Positions 1-8,774 of a stretch of 24,000 bases of DNA are shown one piece after another. The stretch comes from Eubacterium sp. 1001713B170207_170306_E7. Its GTDB lineage: Bacteria > Bacillota > Clostridia > Eubacteriales > Eubacteriaceae. The notes under the pieces are model-generated. The model did not search any database. It worked only from the letters and a program-made list of their open reading frames with translations, and was not told the origin of the DNA. A program made the position numbers and the translations under genes. The number at the start of each line of letters is the position of its first letter. The stretch's first letter is position 1. The DNA is taken from contig NZ_JADMVE010000001.1 in assembly GCF_015547515.1 (NCBI RefSeq), positions 1,064,253-1,088,252 of the forward strand, written 5' to 3'.

Positions 1-35
1 TGGAAGAACGCTTATCCGGAAAGGAGCACGCATAA

Positions 36-1583
36 ATGTATAAAATAGGAATTGACGTTGGCGGCACCAATACTGACGCTGTTGTCGTAGATGAAAACCG
101 GAACATCATCGCCGGTATCAAGCACCCCACCTCTGAAGATATTTATTCCGGCATTCTGGGCGCTTTGAAGGATGTGCTCCGCGAAGCCGATATTGACCGG
201 TCAAAGGTCAATCAGGCCATGCTCGGCACTACCCAGTGTACCAATGCCATTGTGGAGCGTAAAAAACTGGCGCCAGTGGCTGTGATTCGGCTGGCTGCTC
301 CGGCAATGCAGGGCATCATGCCCATGGTGGACTGGCCCGTGGATTTAACTGATTTTGTCATTGCCACCACGACAGTGGCCGGGGGGTATGAGTTTGACGG
401 CAAAGAAATTGCCCCGCTGGATGAATGTGCTGTACGTGCCTTTTTTGAAAGTATCAAGGGCAAAACCCAGTCCATTGCTATTTCCTGCGTTTTCTCTCCT
501 GTGCGGAACGAGCACGAAGAGCGCTGCGCTCAGCTGGCCCGGGATGTGCTGGGGCCAGACGTTCACATTTCAAAATCCAGTGAAATCGGAACGTTAAGCT
601 TTGTTGAAAGAGAGAACGCGACCATTCTAAACGCCGCCCTGTACGCGGTTGCCGACAGCTTTACCGAGGGCTTTGCCAAAAGCCTGGCAGACGAAGGCAT
701 TGAAAACGCCGATATTTTTCTGAGCCAGAACGACGGAACCCTGATGACTATGGACTTCGCAAGGCGCTATCCCATTCTCACCATCGCCTGCGGCCCGACC
801 AACTCGATCCGCGGCGCCTCCTATCTGAGCCGTCTCCACGACGCTGTTGTCATTGACGTTGGCGGCACAACCACAGACTTTGGCGTTATCCAGCATGACT
901 TTCCGCGTGAAAGCAGTGTCGCCGCCACCATTGGCGGTGTACGGACAAACTTCCGAATGCCGGACGTTATCTCCATCGGCCTTGGCGGCGGCTCCATTGT
1001 CCGTGAAGAAAACGGTGAGATCACCGTGGGGCCAGACAGTGTGGGTTATCAGATCACTGAAAAAGCCCTGGTTTTCGGGGGGGATACCATGACGGCCACC
1101 GATATCGCTGTCCGCCTTGGTCTGGCCGAGGTGGGCGATCCTTCAAGAGCCGCTCTCATTGACCAGGATTTTGCCGAAAGGGCTATGGCTGTTATCCGTG
1201 AAATGATCGAGGACAGCATTGACCAGATGAAAATTTCCAATGATGATATCGACGTGGTCCTGGTGGGCGGCGGCTCCATCATTGTCCCGGAAGCGCTCGC
1301 AGGTACCCGCCAGGTAGCCAAGCCAGAATATTTCGGTATTGCCAATGCCATCGGCTCCGCCATCTCCAAGGTCAGCGGGACCTATGAAAAGCTGGTATCT
1401 TATGATGAAATCCCCAGGGATGAGGCTCTGGAAAACGCCCGCGCAGAGGCCTCAAGCCTGGCTGTTGAGGCCGGGGCGATCCCCGAGACCGTCGCCATCA
1501 TTGATGTTGAGGATGTTCCTCTGGCCTACTATCCCGGCAATACCAGCCGCTTAAAGGTCAAGGCGGCCGGTGATCTGGCCTAG
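36..1583 (+). CDS. hydantoinase/oxoprolinase-family (HyuA-like) protein
   Basis: 515-aa ORF with an AAAGGAG RBS upstream of the ATG. It has two sugar-kinase/hydantoinase-type phosphate-binding motifs (IGIDVGGTNTD near the N-terminus, VIDVGGTTTD mid-protein). It is GC-rich like the rest of the left flank. Confidence 0.8.
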   Translation: MYKIGIDVGGTNTDAVVVDENRNIIAGIKHPTSEDIYSGILGALKDVLREADIDRSKVNQAMLGTTQCTNAIVERKKLAPVAVIRLAAPAMQGIMPMVDWPVDLTDFVIATTTVAGGYEFDGKEIAPLDECAVRAFFESIKGKTQSIAISCVFSPVRNEHEERCAQLARDVLGPDVHISKSSEIGTLSFVERENATILNAALYAVADSFTEGFAKSLADEGIENADIFLSQNDGTLMTMDFARRYPILTIACGPTNSIRGASYLSRLHDAVVIDVGGTTTDFGVIQHDFPRESSVAATIGGVRTNFRMPDVISIGLGGGSIVREENGEITVGPDSVGYQITEKALVFGGDTMTATDIAVRLGLAEVGDPSRAALIDQDFAERAMAVIREMIEDSIDQMKISNDDIDVVLVGGGSIIVPEALAGTRQVAKPEYFGIANAIGSAISKVSGTYEKLVSYDEIPRDEALENARAEASSLAVEAGAIPETVAIIDVEDVPLAYYPGNTSRLKVKAAGDLA

Positions 1584-1603
1584 TTTTTTACGCTTTAGCC
1601 AAA

Positions 1604-1639
1604 GAGGGCCCCGGCTGTTTCGTGACAGCCGGGGCTCTT
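1604..1639. terminator. GC-rich hairpin between convergent genes (bidirectional terminator candidate)
   Basis: CCCCGGCTGT (1609-1618) pairs with ACAGCCGGGG (1625-1634) across a 6-nt loop. A T-rich run follows on the plus strand. The hairpin lies between the convergent 36-1583(+) and 1647-2447(-) genes. Confidence 0.6.
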
Positions 1640-1646
1640 GTCCTGT

Positions 1647-2447
1647 TTATTTTTTAACCGGGACATAAATCTCCGTAATATTTTCTTCTGGCCGAACCTG
1701 CGTGGGGTCTGTCTGGTAAATTTCATAGGGGGCTCCCGAAACCGTATAGCCTTCCTCCTCGATCCATTCCCTTATCTTTGCGTAAACTGATGGCAACTCT
1801 GTATAGGGTCCTTTTAAAACGGACACCGCACATGGGCCCCCCTCCAAAATACGGGTGCTTTCTTCCGCTTCCTTAATGGCGACTGCGTCCTCCATATCGT
1901 AGTTTTCAGGATTATAAACCTCATCGTGAAAAATACTCATGGGGCCGGCGGTCAGCGACAGCCCTTTCTCCTGAACGGTTTTCATCAGTTCCATAATATA
2001 TTTTTGCGAATCCTTGACATTCATTTTTTTCCTTATGGATAAAATGGGCATGGGTTTCGTTTCAACGAGCTTGACTTCAATCTGTTCTAAATAGGCCATA
2101 ATGTGTTTACCTCTTTCTAAATTTGAAATATCTTTTTCCAGCAGGGAGAGCAGCAGCTGATAATGCTGTGCCATCTCCCTCAGTCCAGTCTCCTTCTCTC
2201 TGATCTGCGAGAGAATAAAGGCATTATCCTCGGGATTCTTAAGCACTTCGGCAATTTCGTCCAGTGAGAAGCCGTACCATTTCAGCTTGCCTATGAGCAG
2301 GACCGTCTCCAGCTGGGTGGCCGAATAATAACGGTATCCGTTCTCATCATTGACATAAACCGGTTTGATCAGGCCGATTTCATCGTAATACCGCAGTGTT
2401 TTAGTGGTAACATTACTGATTTTTGAAAATGCACCAATGGTCAGCAT
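1647..2447 (-). CDS. MerR-family transcriptional regulator with C-terminal GyrI-like effector-binding domain (BmrR-like)
   Basis: The N-terminus MLTIGAFSKISNVTTKTLRYYDEIGL is a classic MerR HTH, followed by a coiled-coil linker and a ~150-aa GyrI-like C-terminal domain. I moved the start to the ATG at 2447, which has a GGGAGGAA RBS. The track ORF extends to 2519 without an RBS. Confidence 0.85.
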   Translation of the reverse strand: MLTIGAFSKISNVTTKTLRYYDEIGLIKPVYVNDENGYRYYSATQLETVLLIGKLKWYGFSLDEIAEVLKNPEDNAFILSQIREKETGLREMAQHYQLLLSLLEKDISNLERGKHIMAYLEQIEVKLVETKPMPILSIRKKMNVKDSQKYIMELMKTVQEKGLSLTAGPMSIFHDEVYNPENYDMEDAVAIKEAEESTRILEGGPCAVSVLKGPYTELPSVYAKIREWIEEEGYTVSGAPYEIYQTDPTQVRPEENITEIYVPVKK

Positions 2448-2540
2448 TGAGTTCCTCCCTTTGTGATTCATTGTTCGAACATGACTTAAGTATACACATT
2501 CCAGCCGCTGGAAAGTCAAGCGTTGTTTTAAAACTTTTTA

Positions 2541-2567
2541 AAAAAGCCTGCCTTTTACCCGGCAGGC
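2541..2567 (-). terminator. rho-independent terminator of the 2579-2896 gene
   Basis: GCCTGCC (2546-2552) pairs with GGCAGGC (2561-2567). A TTTTTT run follows on the minus strand (plus-strand A-run 2540-2545). Confidence 0.75.
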
Positions 2568-2578
2568 ATTATGCTGTT

Positions 2579-2896
2579 TTACTCAAACTTCATTTCAATA
2601 TCCGTCTTTAGAGCCAGTCCCGCTTCGGCCTCCATGGCCTTGATCACACCGACGGCTACCGGACAGGCCGGGTGCTTCATGTGCTTTGCGAAAATCTTAT
2701 ACACGGTGTTGCTGTCATATTTTTCTTTACAGCAGATGCCCAGCGCATCTAAGGGCTCTGCCAGGTCATCATTTACAGCCTTATAATGAGGGCACTCCGA
2801 TTCGACGGTCACCTTCACCTTGTAAGGCTTTTCGGTTTCAGCCTTGATGACGGTGTTAAAACCGCAGGGGCCGGCGTTTAATTTCAGGGTTGTCAT
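2579..2896 (-). CDS. small Cys-rich protein of unknown function (105 aa, 5 Cys)
   Basis: GGAG RBS upstream of the ATG at 2896, with its own terminator. Cys occur at positions 11, 35, 55, 56 and 78, including CPH, CC and ACP contexts. I do not recognise a family with confidence. Confidence 0.6.
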   Translation of the reverse strand: MTTLKLNAGPCGFNTVIKAETEKPYKVKVTVESECPHYKAVNDDLAEPLDALGICCKEKYDSNTVYKIFAKHMKHPACPVAVGVIKAMEAEAGLALKTDIEMKFE

Positions 2897-2984
2897 TTTC
2901 TTTTTACTCCTTCTTAAAATCTTACCCCTATCATATGCCTTTTTTCTCTAAAAAACAACCTTAAACTTTTTAATGGCCGGACAT

Positions 2985-3010
2985 CAAAAAAGCCCCCGGC
3001 GAACCGGGGA
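2985..3010 (-). terminator. rho-independent terminator of pstS
   Basis: CCCCGG (2994-2999) pairs with CCGGGG (3004-3009) across a CGAA tetraloop. TTTTTT follows on the minus strand (plus-strand A-run 2985-2990). Confidence 0.7.
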
Positions 3011-3032
3011 CAAGGGAAGGTGGAGAGCTTAT

Positions 3033-3884
3033 TTACTGTTCGAGCGCAACCTTGATGCCGCCTTCTTTTTCAACAATGGTCTGACCTTCATCGGTCATTA
3101 AGAAGTCTAAGAAAGCTTTTGTCTGGCTGTTAAGGCTGTCTGTTTTATAAACTGCCAGAAATGGTCTGGATACTGGGTAGCTCTTGTTTACAACATTATC
3201 GACAGTCGCTTCGACATTATCGACGGTTACTTTTTTAACGGTATTGTCTACAAAGGTTAAGGATACATAGCCAATGGCGTTTTCATTTCCGGCGACGGTT
3301 GACTGTACATTTCCGTTACCTTCCTTGATGGTAGCGTCCGGTTTTAATTTGTCTTCAAATTTTAACAGCTCTTCGACAGCAGAACGGGTACCGGAGCCAT
3401 CTTCTCTGGATACGACAACGATCGGCGCGTCATTTCCGCCAAGCTGGCTCCAGTTTGTAATCTCGCCCGTATAAATCCCGGTTAAATCCGCTGAGCTGAT
3501 GTTGGTCACCGGATTAGACGGGTGTGTGATCATGGCGATGCCGTCATAAGCAAAGACCAGCTCGGTCAGACCAGATTTTTCTTCATCCTTTAATTCTCTT
3601 GACGCACAGCCAAAAGCGTAGGTGCCTTCCGTGGCGCCCTTGATACCGTCTGATGATCCGGTACCGCTGTATGTAAATTTGACATCCGGGTTCTGGGCCG
3701 CAAACTCATCGCCTGCCGCTTCAATGATTTTCTGGACCGAGGTGGAGCCCCCGCCATTGATTTCACCCGAAATGGCCGCCGAGGAGCTTCCTGTGCTGTC
3801 TCCCCCGCCGCTGCATCCTGCAAATGCAAATGTTCCGACCACTAAAGCCATGGTCAGGCCTGCTAAATGTTTTTTTAATCCCAT
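3033..3884 (-). CDS. pstS: phosphate ABC transporter substrate-binding lipoprotein PstS
   Basis: 283 aa. Signal peptide with lipobox FAGC. It carries the PstS-family motifs GGGSTSV, SGTGSS and DGSGTR. AAAGGAGAAG RBS. Confidence 0.9.
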   Translation of the reverse strand: MGLKKHLAGLTMALVVGTFAFAGCSGGGDSTGSSSAAISGEINGGGSTSVQKIIEAAGDEFAAQNPDVKFTYSGTGSSDGIKGATEGTYAFGCASRELKDEEKSGLTELVFAYDGIAMITHPSNPVTNISSADLTGIYTGEITNWSQLGGNDAPIVVVSREDGSGTRSAVEELLKFEDKLKPDATIKEGNGNVQSTVAGNENAIGYVSLTFVDNTVKKVTVDNVEATVDNVVNKSYPVSRPFLAVYKTDSLNSQTKAFLDFLMTDEGQTIVEKEGGIKVALEQ

Positions 3885-3966
3885 TTCGTTTCTTCTCCTT
3901 TGATCTTTAGTTTCTCAAGTTGTGCTTAACTACGGGATTAATCATATCAGAGAAAAGCGGGCCTTT

Positions 3967-4005
3967 GGTTTTGAATTGGTAAAGAAAGGGTTAAAGCTCT
4001 GTTAA
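3967..4005 (-). promoter_or_regulatory. PhoP-box-like array upstream of pstS
   Basis: The minus strand reads TTAACA-gagct-TTAACC-ctttc-TTTACC-aattc-AAAACC. That is four TT(A/T)AC(A/C)-like hexamers at 11-bp periodicity, as in Bacillus PhoP boxes. A TATGAT -10 candidate lies about 20 nt downstream. Confidence 0.5.
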
Positions 4006-4025
4006 ATCAAAAAAGTGTCTCGAAC

Positions 4026-4063
4026 GTAAGCAACCCCGGCTTGGGGGAGCCGGGGTTGCTTAC
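4026..4063. terminator. perfect 15-bp GC-rich hairpin at the chromosome/island junction (insulating terminator candidate)
   Basis: GTAAGCAACCCCGGC (4026-4040) pairs with GCCGGGGTTGCTTAC (4049-4063). On the minus strand a TTTTTT run lies about 11 nt beyond the stem. It is the last GC-rich sequence before the AT-rich island. Confidence 0.55.
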
Positions 4064-4195
4064 AATAAAAGGTATAAGGAAAATTTTGGGGAGATGTAAG
4101 TAAGAGGTATGCATTAATAATATACCCTGATTTTATCATTTAAACCGCTAATATACGCCATTTATTTTGTTTTTTCTTTTTTTTCTAACAAAATT

Positions 4196-5452
4196 CTAAC
4201 ATACTTTGCTAATTACATCTTTCATATGCTGATCTTCTTGTTCATTTATTAATGTTACGATTTTATTTGGAATTTCATCCTGAATCTTTTCTTCGACATG
4301 TGCGTAAATATTCATTGTTGTATTAATATTTCCATGTCCCATATACTCCATGATCTCTCTTGGAGAAAAAAGTGGACTTCCATCTTTAGTCCGTGCATTA
4401 ATCATCAAAGAACAGCATGTATGTCTTAAATCATAAAAGCGAATCTTCCGAAATCCATTTCGCACAAGAACACTTTGAAAATAACTGCTTACTTTTGTTT
4501 CAAAGAAAGTTTTGCCATTTTCTTGTAGAAAAACAAAATCATGTTCCTGTTTTACATAACAGTTTCCATAATATCTTTTGTTAGCTTCTTGATTCTTTTT
4601 TACATTTTTGAAAATTTCGACTGCCTCTTTTGAAAGCTTAAATGATCTCCTACTGAATTCATTTTTTAATGCATCTTTGTACACCATCCGACCGTCTACC
4701 TGAACAGCACTGAAATTGATATCCATTCTTCCTTGTTTTAAATCAATAGACTGCCATCTTAAACCTAATAGCTCACTCGGCCTTAGACCATAATTTATTG
4801 CTATGTAAACCATGGGATACAGATAAAAAGGCCTAACAATATCTAAAACTGGTCTAACCTCATTAATTCTTAAATAGTCAAAACTACTTTTAAAATTCTT
4901 AGGATTATTTTTAATCTTATTTGGAACAATATACCTTGCTCTCTGATAAGGATTTTCTGTTATTAATTCATTTTCAACTGCTACGTCTAAAATACTTTTC
5001 AAAACACTTCTAATTGTTCTAACAGTCCTTGGATTTTTTCCTTCTTTAAATAATTGTTGGTAGAAAAATTCTAAGTGTCCTTTCTTTACTTCTCCTAAAG
5101 TTAACTTTAAAGGTTTGAAAATAGGAATAACATTTACTTTTATAATATTTTGATATCTCGCTATCGTGACTTCCGCATAACGAAAAGCATTTTCATCTAT
5201 CCATTTTAACGCATAATCTACAAATAAGATATCACAAGATGTGCAGAGTGAAAGTTCAAGTTCCCTCCGCTTTTCCTCAACTAATGAAGCAAGCTTATTC
5301 TTTTCCCGATCACTTCCGGTTTTTACCGGAATACCTGTTTTTAACCACGGCTGTTTTCTCTTTCCATCACCATCCTTATAATCACAGACCACATACCAAA
5401 AATTATTTTTCTTTTGCAACGTAGCTTTTACTTTAAATTCTTGCTTTTTCAT
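4196..5452 (-). CDS. int: tyrosine site-specific recombinase / integrase (Tn916/phage-integrase type)
   Basis: 418 aa with an AGGAG RBS. The N-terminal WYVVCDYKDGDGKRKQ segment looks like an arm-binding domain. Catalytic signature: R in GLRPSELLGLRW, H-x-x-R in LRHTCCS, and H...Y in MGHGNINTTMNIYAHV. Confidence 0.92.
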   Translation of the reverse strand: MKKQEFKVKATLQKKNNFWYVVCDYKDGDGKRKQPWLKTGIPVKTGSDREKNKLASLVEEKRRELELSLCTSCDILFVDYALKWIDENAFRYAEVTIARYQNIIKVNVIPIFKPLKLTLGEVKKGHLEFFYQQLFKEGKNPRTVRTIRSVLKSILDVAVENELITENPYQRARYIVPNKIKNNPKNFKSSFDYLRINEVRPVLDIVRPFYLYPMVYIAINYGLRPSELLGLRWQSIDLKQGRMDINFSAVQVDGRMVYKDALKNEFSRRSFKLSKEAVEIFKNVKKNQEANKRYYGNCYVKQEHDFVFLQENGKTFFETKVSSYFQSVLVRNGFRKIRFYDLRHTCCSLMINARTKDGSPLFSPREIMEYMGHGNINTTMNIYAHVEEKIQDEIPNKIVTLINEQEDQHMKDVISKVC

Positions 5453-5515
5453 AACGATACTCCTATCGTCCCATCACTACAATCTCAGTATATCAGGATT
5501 ATTTGTGTGCGACAA

Positions 5516-5698
5516 TTATGCTTTACCAACGTTGGTATACTCGATCACTGCCGCTTTTTGAATAATCCAGTGTCCTGTCCAGTCTTTTTTAGCTTTTATC
5601 TGACCACTTTGCAGCAAGCGATAAGCTTTGTTTTTTCCGATCTTTAACATTTTCGTTAAATCTTGTACTAAAATAATATCGTCATATTGATTAAACAT
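5516..5698 (-). CDS. xis: excisionase / MerR-superfamily HTH_17 DNA-binding protein
   Basis: 60 aa with a GGTGG RBS, immediately upstream of int. LVQDLTKMLKIGKNKAYRLLQSGQI resembles the excisionase-type winged HTH. Confidence 0.8.
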   Translation of the reverse strand: MFNQYDDIILVQDLTKMLKIGKNKAYRLLQSGQIKAKKDWTGHWIIQKAAVIEYTNVGKA

Positions 5699-6439
5699 TT
5701 TAATACCACCTTTAAGAGTGATTTGTTATCTGAAATATTATTAGCCGGTTTGCCATACACCACCGGCAAGGCATTATCTGGATAAGGTTTTGGGTGAAAA
5801 AACCACGAAAGCAAAGCGAATCCATCTTTCTTCACTCCATATCACAAGAAGTGCAGCACGTAACCGTCGCATTGCCCTCTCTCCAGCGTCATCGCGAAAA
5901 ATCTACCACGATTTTTTTATAGCCATGGTTCATCGTCAAGCGCCCATTCTAACGTCGCTCCATGCCGGATTAAGGGTTTTACCCAGATAATCTTCATTCA
6001 GTTTTCAAAGACCAGGAAAACAATTGCTTCCAATCTGAAAGTTTTATTCGATTATAATCTTTAAAACTCCCTCTATATATACAAAGGAAAAAAAAGCATT
6101 TTTTAAACTAAATTTTTAAAAAAACGTCAAATTTTATTTATTCTTTAAGACTTTTTTAAGTTTTCTTGTTATGCATCATTTTTGAATATTCGTTCTCATA
6201 TTTTCACTTATGTCTGTTTCTAAAAATAAACAACTCCACAAGACAACATTTCATACTTGACTTTTTGTTGTTATCGTTATAAGATTATGCTAAGAAAACT
6301 TATGTTTGCCAATCATAAACAAAAGTTCTTTCACGCTTTTATGCCAACAATGAATTTATGTCTGGATAAAAATTAATAAGTGAGGTCCACGATGTTGAAC
6401 GTTTCTACAAAACAACTCTCACCTGGTACATCAGGGGAA

Positions 6440-7895
6440 ATGTCTGATCACATTTATCTCTGCATAGATTTAAAATCATTCTATGCCTCAGTGGAATGTG
6501 TTGAACGTGGTCTTGATCCTTTGACGACCAACCTGGTTGTCGCTGATGTGACGCGTACTCAGAAAACGATCTGCCTGGCTGTCTCCCCTTCTCTGAAAGC
6601 CTATGGCATTCCCGGCAGGCCCCGTCTTTTCGGGTTGAACAAAAATTAAAAGCAATCAAATTGCGAACAGGCGAGGAGATTGCCTATATTACCGCGTCTC
6701 CAAGAATGCAGCTTTACATTGACTACAGTGCCCGGATATATGCGATATATCTTCAATTGTCTCTGAAGAGGACATCCATGTATACAGTATCGACGAAGTT
6801 TTTATGGACTTAACCCATTACCTTTCGACCAATCGCAATAAAAACGGACACCCCATAACTGCTCGCGAGCTGGCAAAAATGATCATTCAGGACGTTTGGG
6901 CAGCTACGGGTATCACCGCTACTGCTGGTATCGGAACCAACCTTTATCTGGCCAAAATCGCTATGGATATTGTGGCAAAACATGTCAAAGCAGATTCAGA
7001 CGGCGTTCGGATTGCCGAGCTCAATGAAACAAACTACCGACAGCTTCTTTGGGATCACCGCCCGCTCACGGATTTCTGGCGTATCGGATGGGGCATTGCC
7101 AAAAGGCTTGAAAAAAACGGGCTCTACACGACGATGGGAGATATCGCCAGAATGAGCTTACAGGGCGCTGACACAAACGGGTATGGTGAAAATCTGCTTT
7201 TCAATGAATTTGGCATTGACGCAGAACTCCTCATTGATCATGCCTGGGGAATTGAACCCTGTACCATGGCCGACATCAAAAGCTATAAGCCCAGCACGCA
7301 CTCTATTTCCTCCGGGCAGGTGCATTCCCATGCCTATGATTTTGAAAAGGGACGGTTGATCGTCCAGGAAATGGTGGAGCTGCTGGTGTACGATCTGATT
7401 GAAAAAGGGCTGTCGACGTCCAGCGTAACCCTGCATATCGGCTATGATAAGGATGGCTTAAAAGAATCTCATTACCGCGGAGGAATTCACATGGATCATT
7501 TCGGGCGTGCAGTACCAAAGCCGGCGCACGGCACCGAAAAGTTAACCGACGCTGGTGGCCAAACGATCTACAGTCATTCAACCAAGAAAATTATGAACGC
7601 TGCCCTTAAGCTCTATGACCGAATCATTGACAGGAAGCTCATGCTGCGAAGGGTTTCTCTGACTTTCAATGATGTCGAAGCCACTGCTGACCATAAGGTA
7701 ACCTGTCGACAAGTCAGTATGTTCGCAGAAGATATCCTGGAAAAAGAGCAGGAAGCTCAAGAGCAAAGGATACAGCAGACGCTGCTTCAAATAAAGAAGA
7801 AATACGGAAACAATGCTATTTTCAAGGGCATGAACCTACAGGAGGGCGCAACGACGATGGAACGAAATCTTCAAATCGGTGGTCATAAAGCTTAA
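6440..7895 (+). pseudogene. Y-family (DinB/UmuC/ImpB-like) DNA polymerase gene interrupted by two apparent 1-nt deletions
   Basis: The N-terminus MSDHIYLCIDLKSFYASVECVERGLDP is in frame 2. VEQKLKAIKLRTGEEIAYITASPRMQLYIDYSARIYAIYLQ runs from 6634 in frame 1. VSEEDIHVYSIDEVFMDLTHYL... runs from 6759 in frame 0 to 7895. The shifts fall at about 6632-6633 (G-run) and about 6757-6758 (T-run). Confidence 0.8.
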
Positions 7896-7955
7896 AATAC
7901 TTTTCAGCACTGTTTAAAGGACACTCTCAAAAGTGCGGGCGTCCTTTTTAATTCA

Positions 7956-8486
7956 TTAACCTTCAATCATTTTTCTTAATTTTTGTAAAATTCTTTTCTT
8001 CTGTTTGTATATTGTGTGGACAGAAACGTCCTGTCGGTTGGCTAACGCCTTCACTGTCTGATCTTCAAAATAAAGCGCTTTAATCAGTGTTGCTTCATCC
8101 TTATTTAGGCGAGATAATGCTTTCCTGAGCTCTTCAAACAACATACTTGCTTCAACAATTTTATTCACATCCACTTCCTTAAAGCTGATTGCCTCTTTTT
8201 CTCGATGTGTTTGTTCTTTTAAAGTCTCATAAGAAATCGCATAATATTCTTCATCTAATGCTTCTAAATAATCTTGCCGCTCCTTAGCGCGATAAAAATC
8301 TTGATAGTTCTGATAATCAACTTCCAGTAAAGCGCCCCCAATTGGTATAAACCATCTGCTGGAAAAGGCTTCTGGATCAAGTTCTTTCATCCTTTTTAAT
8401 TCACCATAAGTAATTTTATGATATTTTGAATGATCTTTTATATAGCAGGCCGCTTCCAGACTAAATTCTCTTGGTTTTCGTTTCAT
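7956..8486 (-). CDS. sigma-70 region-4-containing regulator (Tn916 orf7-like sigma/HTH protein)
   Basis: The C-terminus LNKDEATLIKALYFEDQTVKALANRQDVSVHTIYKQKKRILQKLRK is a sigma-70 region-4 HTH. I moved the start to the ATG at 8486, behind a GGAGGA RBS. The track ORF starts at a TTG at 8498. Confidence 0.7.
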   Translation of the reverse strand: MKRKPREFSLEAACYIKDHSKYHKITYGELKRMKELDPEAFSSRWFIPIGGALLEVDYQNYQDFYRAKERQDYLEALDEEYYAISYETLKEQTHREKEAISFKEVDVNKIVEASMLFEELRKALSRLNKDEATLIKALYFEDQTVKALANRQDVSVHTIYKQKKRILQKLRKMIEG

Positions 8487-8544
8487 TTTTTCCTCCAATC
8501 CATTTGTTTTTAAACAAACGAATTGGAGGCGGACCTCGGATATA

Positions 8545-8599
8545 AAAACACAAAAAAAGATAGAAAATGAAAGCTAAGTTGAACTTTTCATTTTCTATC
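8545..8599 (-). terminator. strong hairpin plus T-run upstream of the sigma-like gene (attenuator/insulator candidate)
   Basis: Perfect 14-bp arms: GATAGAAAATGAAA (8559-8572) and TTTCATTTTCTATC (8586-8599). On the minus strand TTTTTTTGTGTTTTT follows. It lies about 60 nt upstream of the 8486 start codon. Confidence 0.5.
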
Positions 8600-8774
8600 C
8601 TATTTAATCGTAAGCTATTAATAAAAAACAGCCGAAAAATATTCACTTTTTTAATTTTGTAAATTTATTATTTTTGTATGAAATATAACCTCTTTTTGTT
8701 AGTGCGATATATCGTACTCTTTGACTTTTCAAAAAGTATATAATAATTTTAAAGACACTGCTGGAGGACCCTTT

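Noticed and set aside
212-1554. Seven overlapping or antisense ORFs inside the hydantoinase gene (212-475, 345-566, 355-597, 627-896, 821-1024, 847-1092, 1049-1369, 1339-1554)
   Set aside because: They are typical long spurious frames in GC-rich coding DNA. Their compositions are Pro/Arg/Ala/Ser-rich and they lack RBSs. All lie within a well-supported 515-aa gene.
3274-3903. ORFs 3274-3474(+), 3590-3829(-) and 3622-3903(+) overlapping pstS
   Set aside because: These are shadow frames of the strongly supported pstS gene, with low-complexity translations.
4123-4138. TACCCTGATTTTATCA near the integrase end resembling TACCCTGTTTATA (22455) and TACCCTATTTTTATATCA (22486), as possible att or arm-type sites defining a right end near 22.5 kb
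   Set aside because: The shared core is only a 6-mer plus a T-run in AT-rich DNA, and TACCCT also occurs at about 17513. This is not statistically convincing by eye and needs comparison with an empty site.
5790-5990. 66-aa ORF in the GC-enriched block
   Set aside because: It has a non-ATG start, no RBS, and an Arg/Ser/His-rich unstructured translation. I treat the region as non-coding or a relic (see findings).
6184-6195. GAATATTCGTTC as a possible LexA/Cheo SOS box upstream of the Y-family polymerase
   Set aside because: It matches GAAC-N4-GTTC only imperfectly (GAAT half-site and poor flanks). It lies about 250 bp upstream of the start codon in very AT-rich DNA, which is too weak to call.
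6629-6761. Programmed ribosomal frameshifting as the explanation for the split polymerase gene
   Set aside because: It would require two independent shifts 125 nt apart, with no slippery heptamer or downstream structure. Y-family polymerases are not known to use frameshifting. Mutation or homopolymer sequencing error is more parsimonious.
8461-8646. 61-aa minus-strand ORF overlapping the sigma-like gene start and the hairpin
   Set aside because: It spans the terminator hairpin and RBS region, has no RBS of its own, and gives a low-complexity translation.
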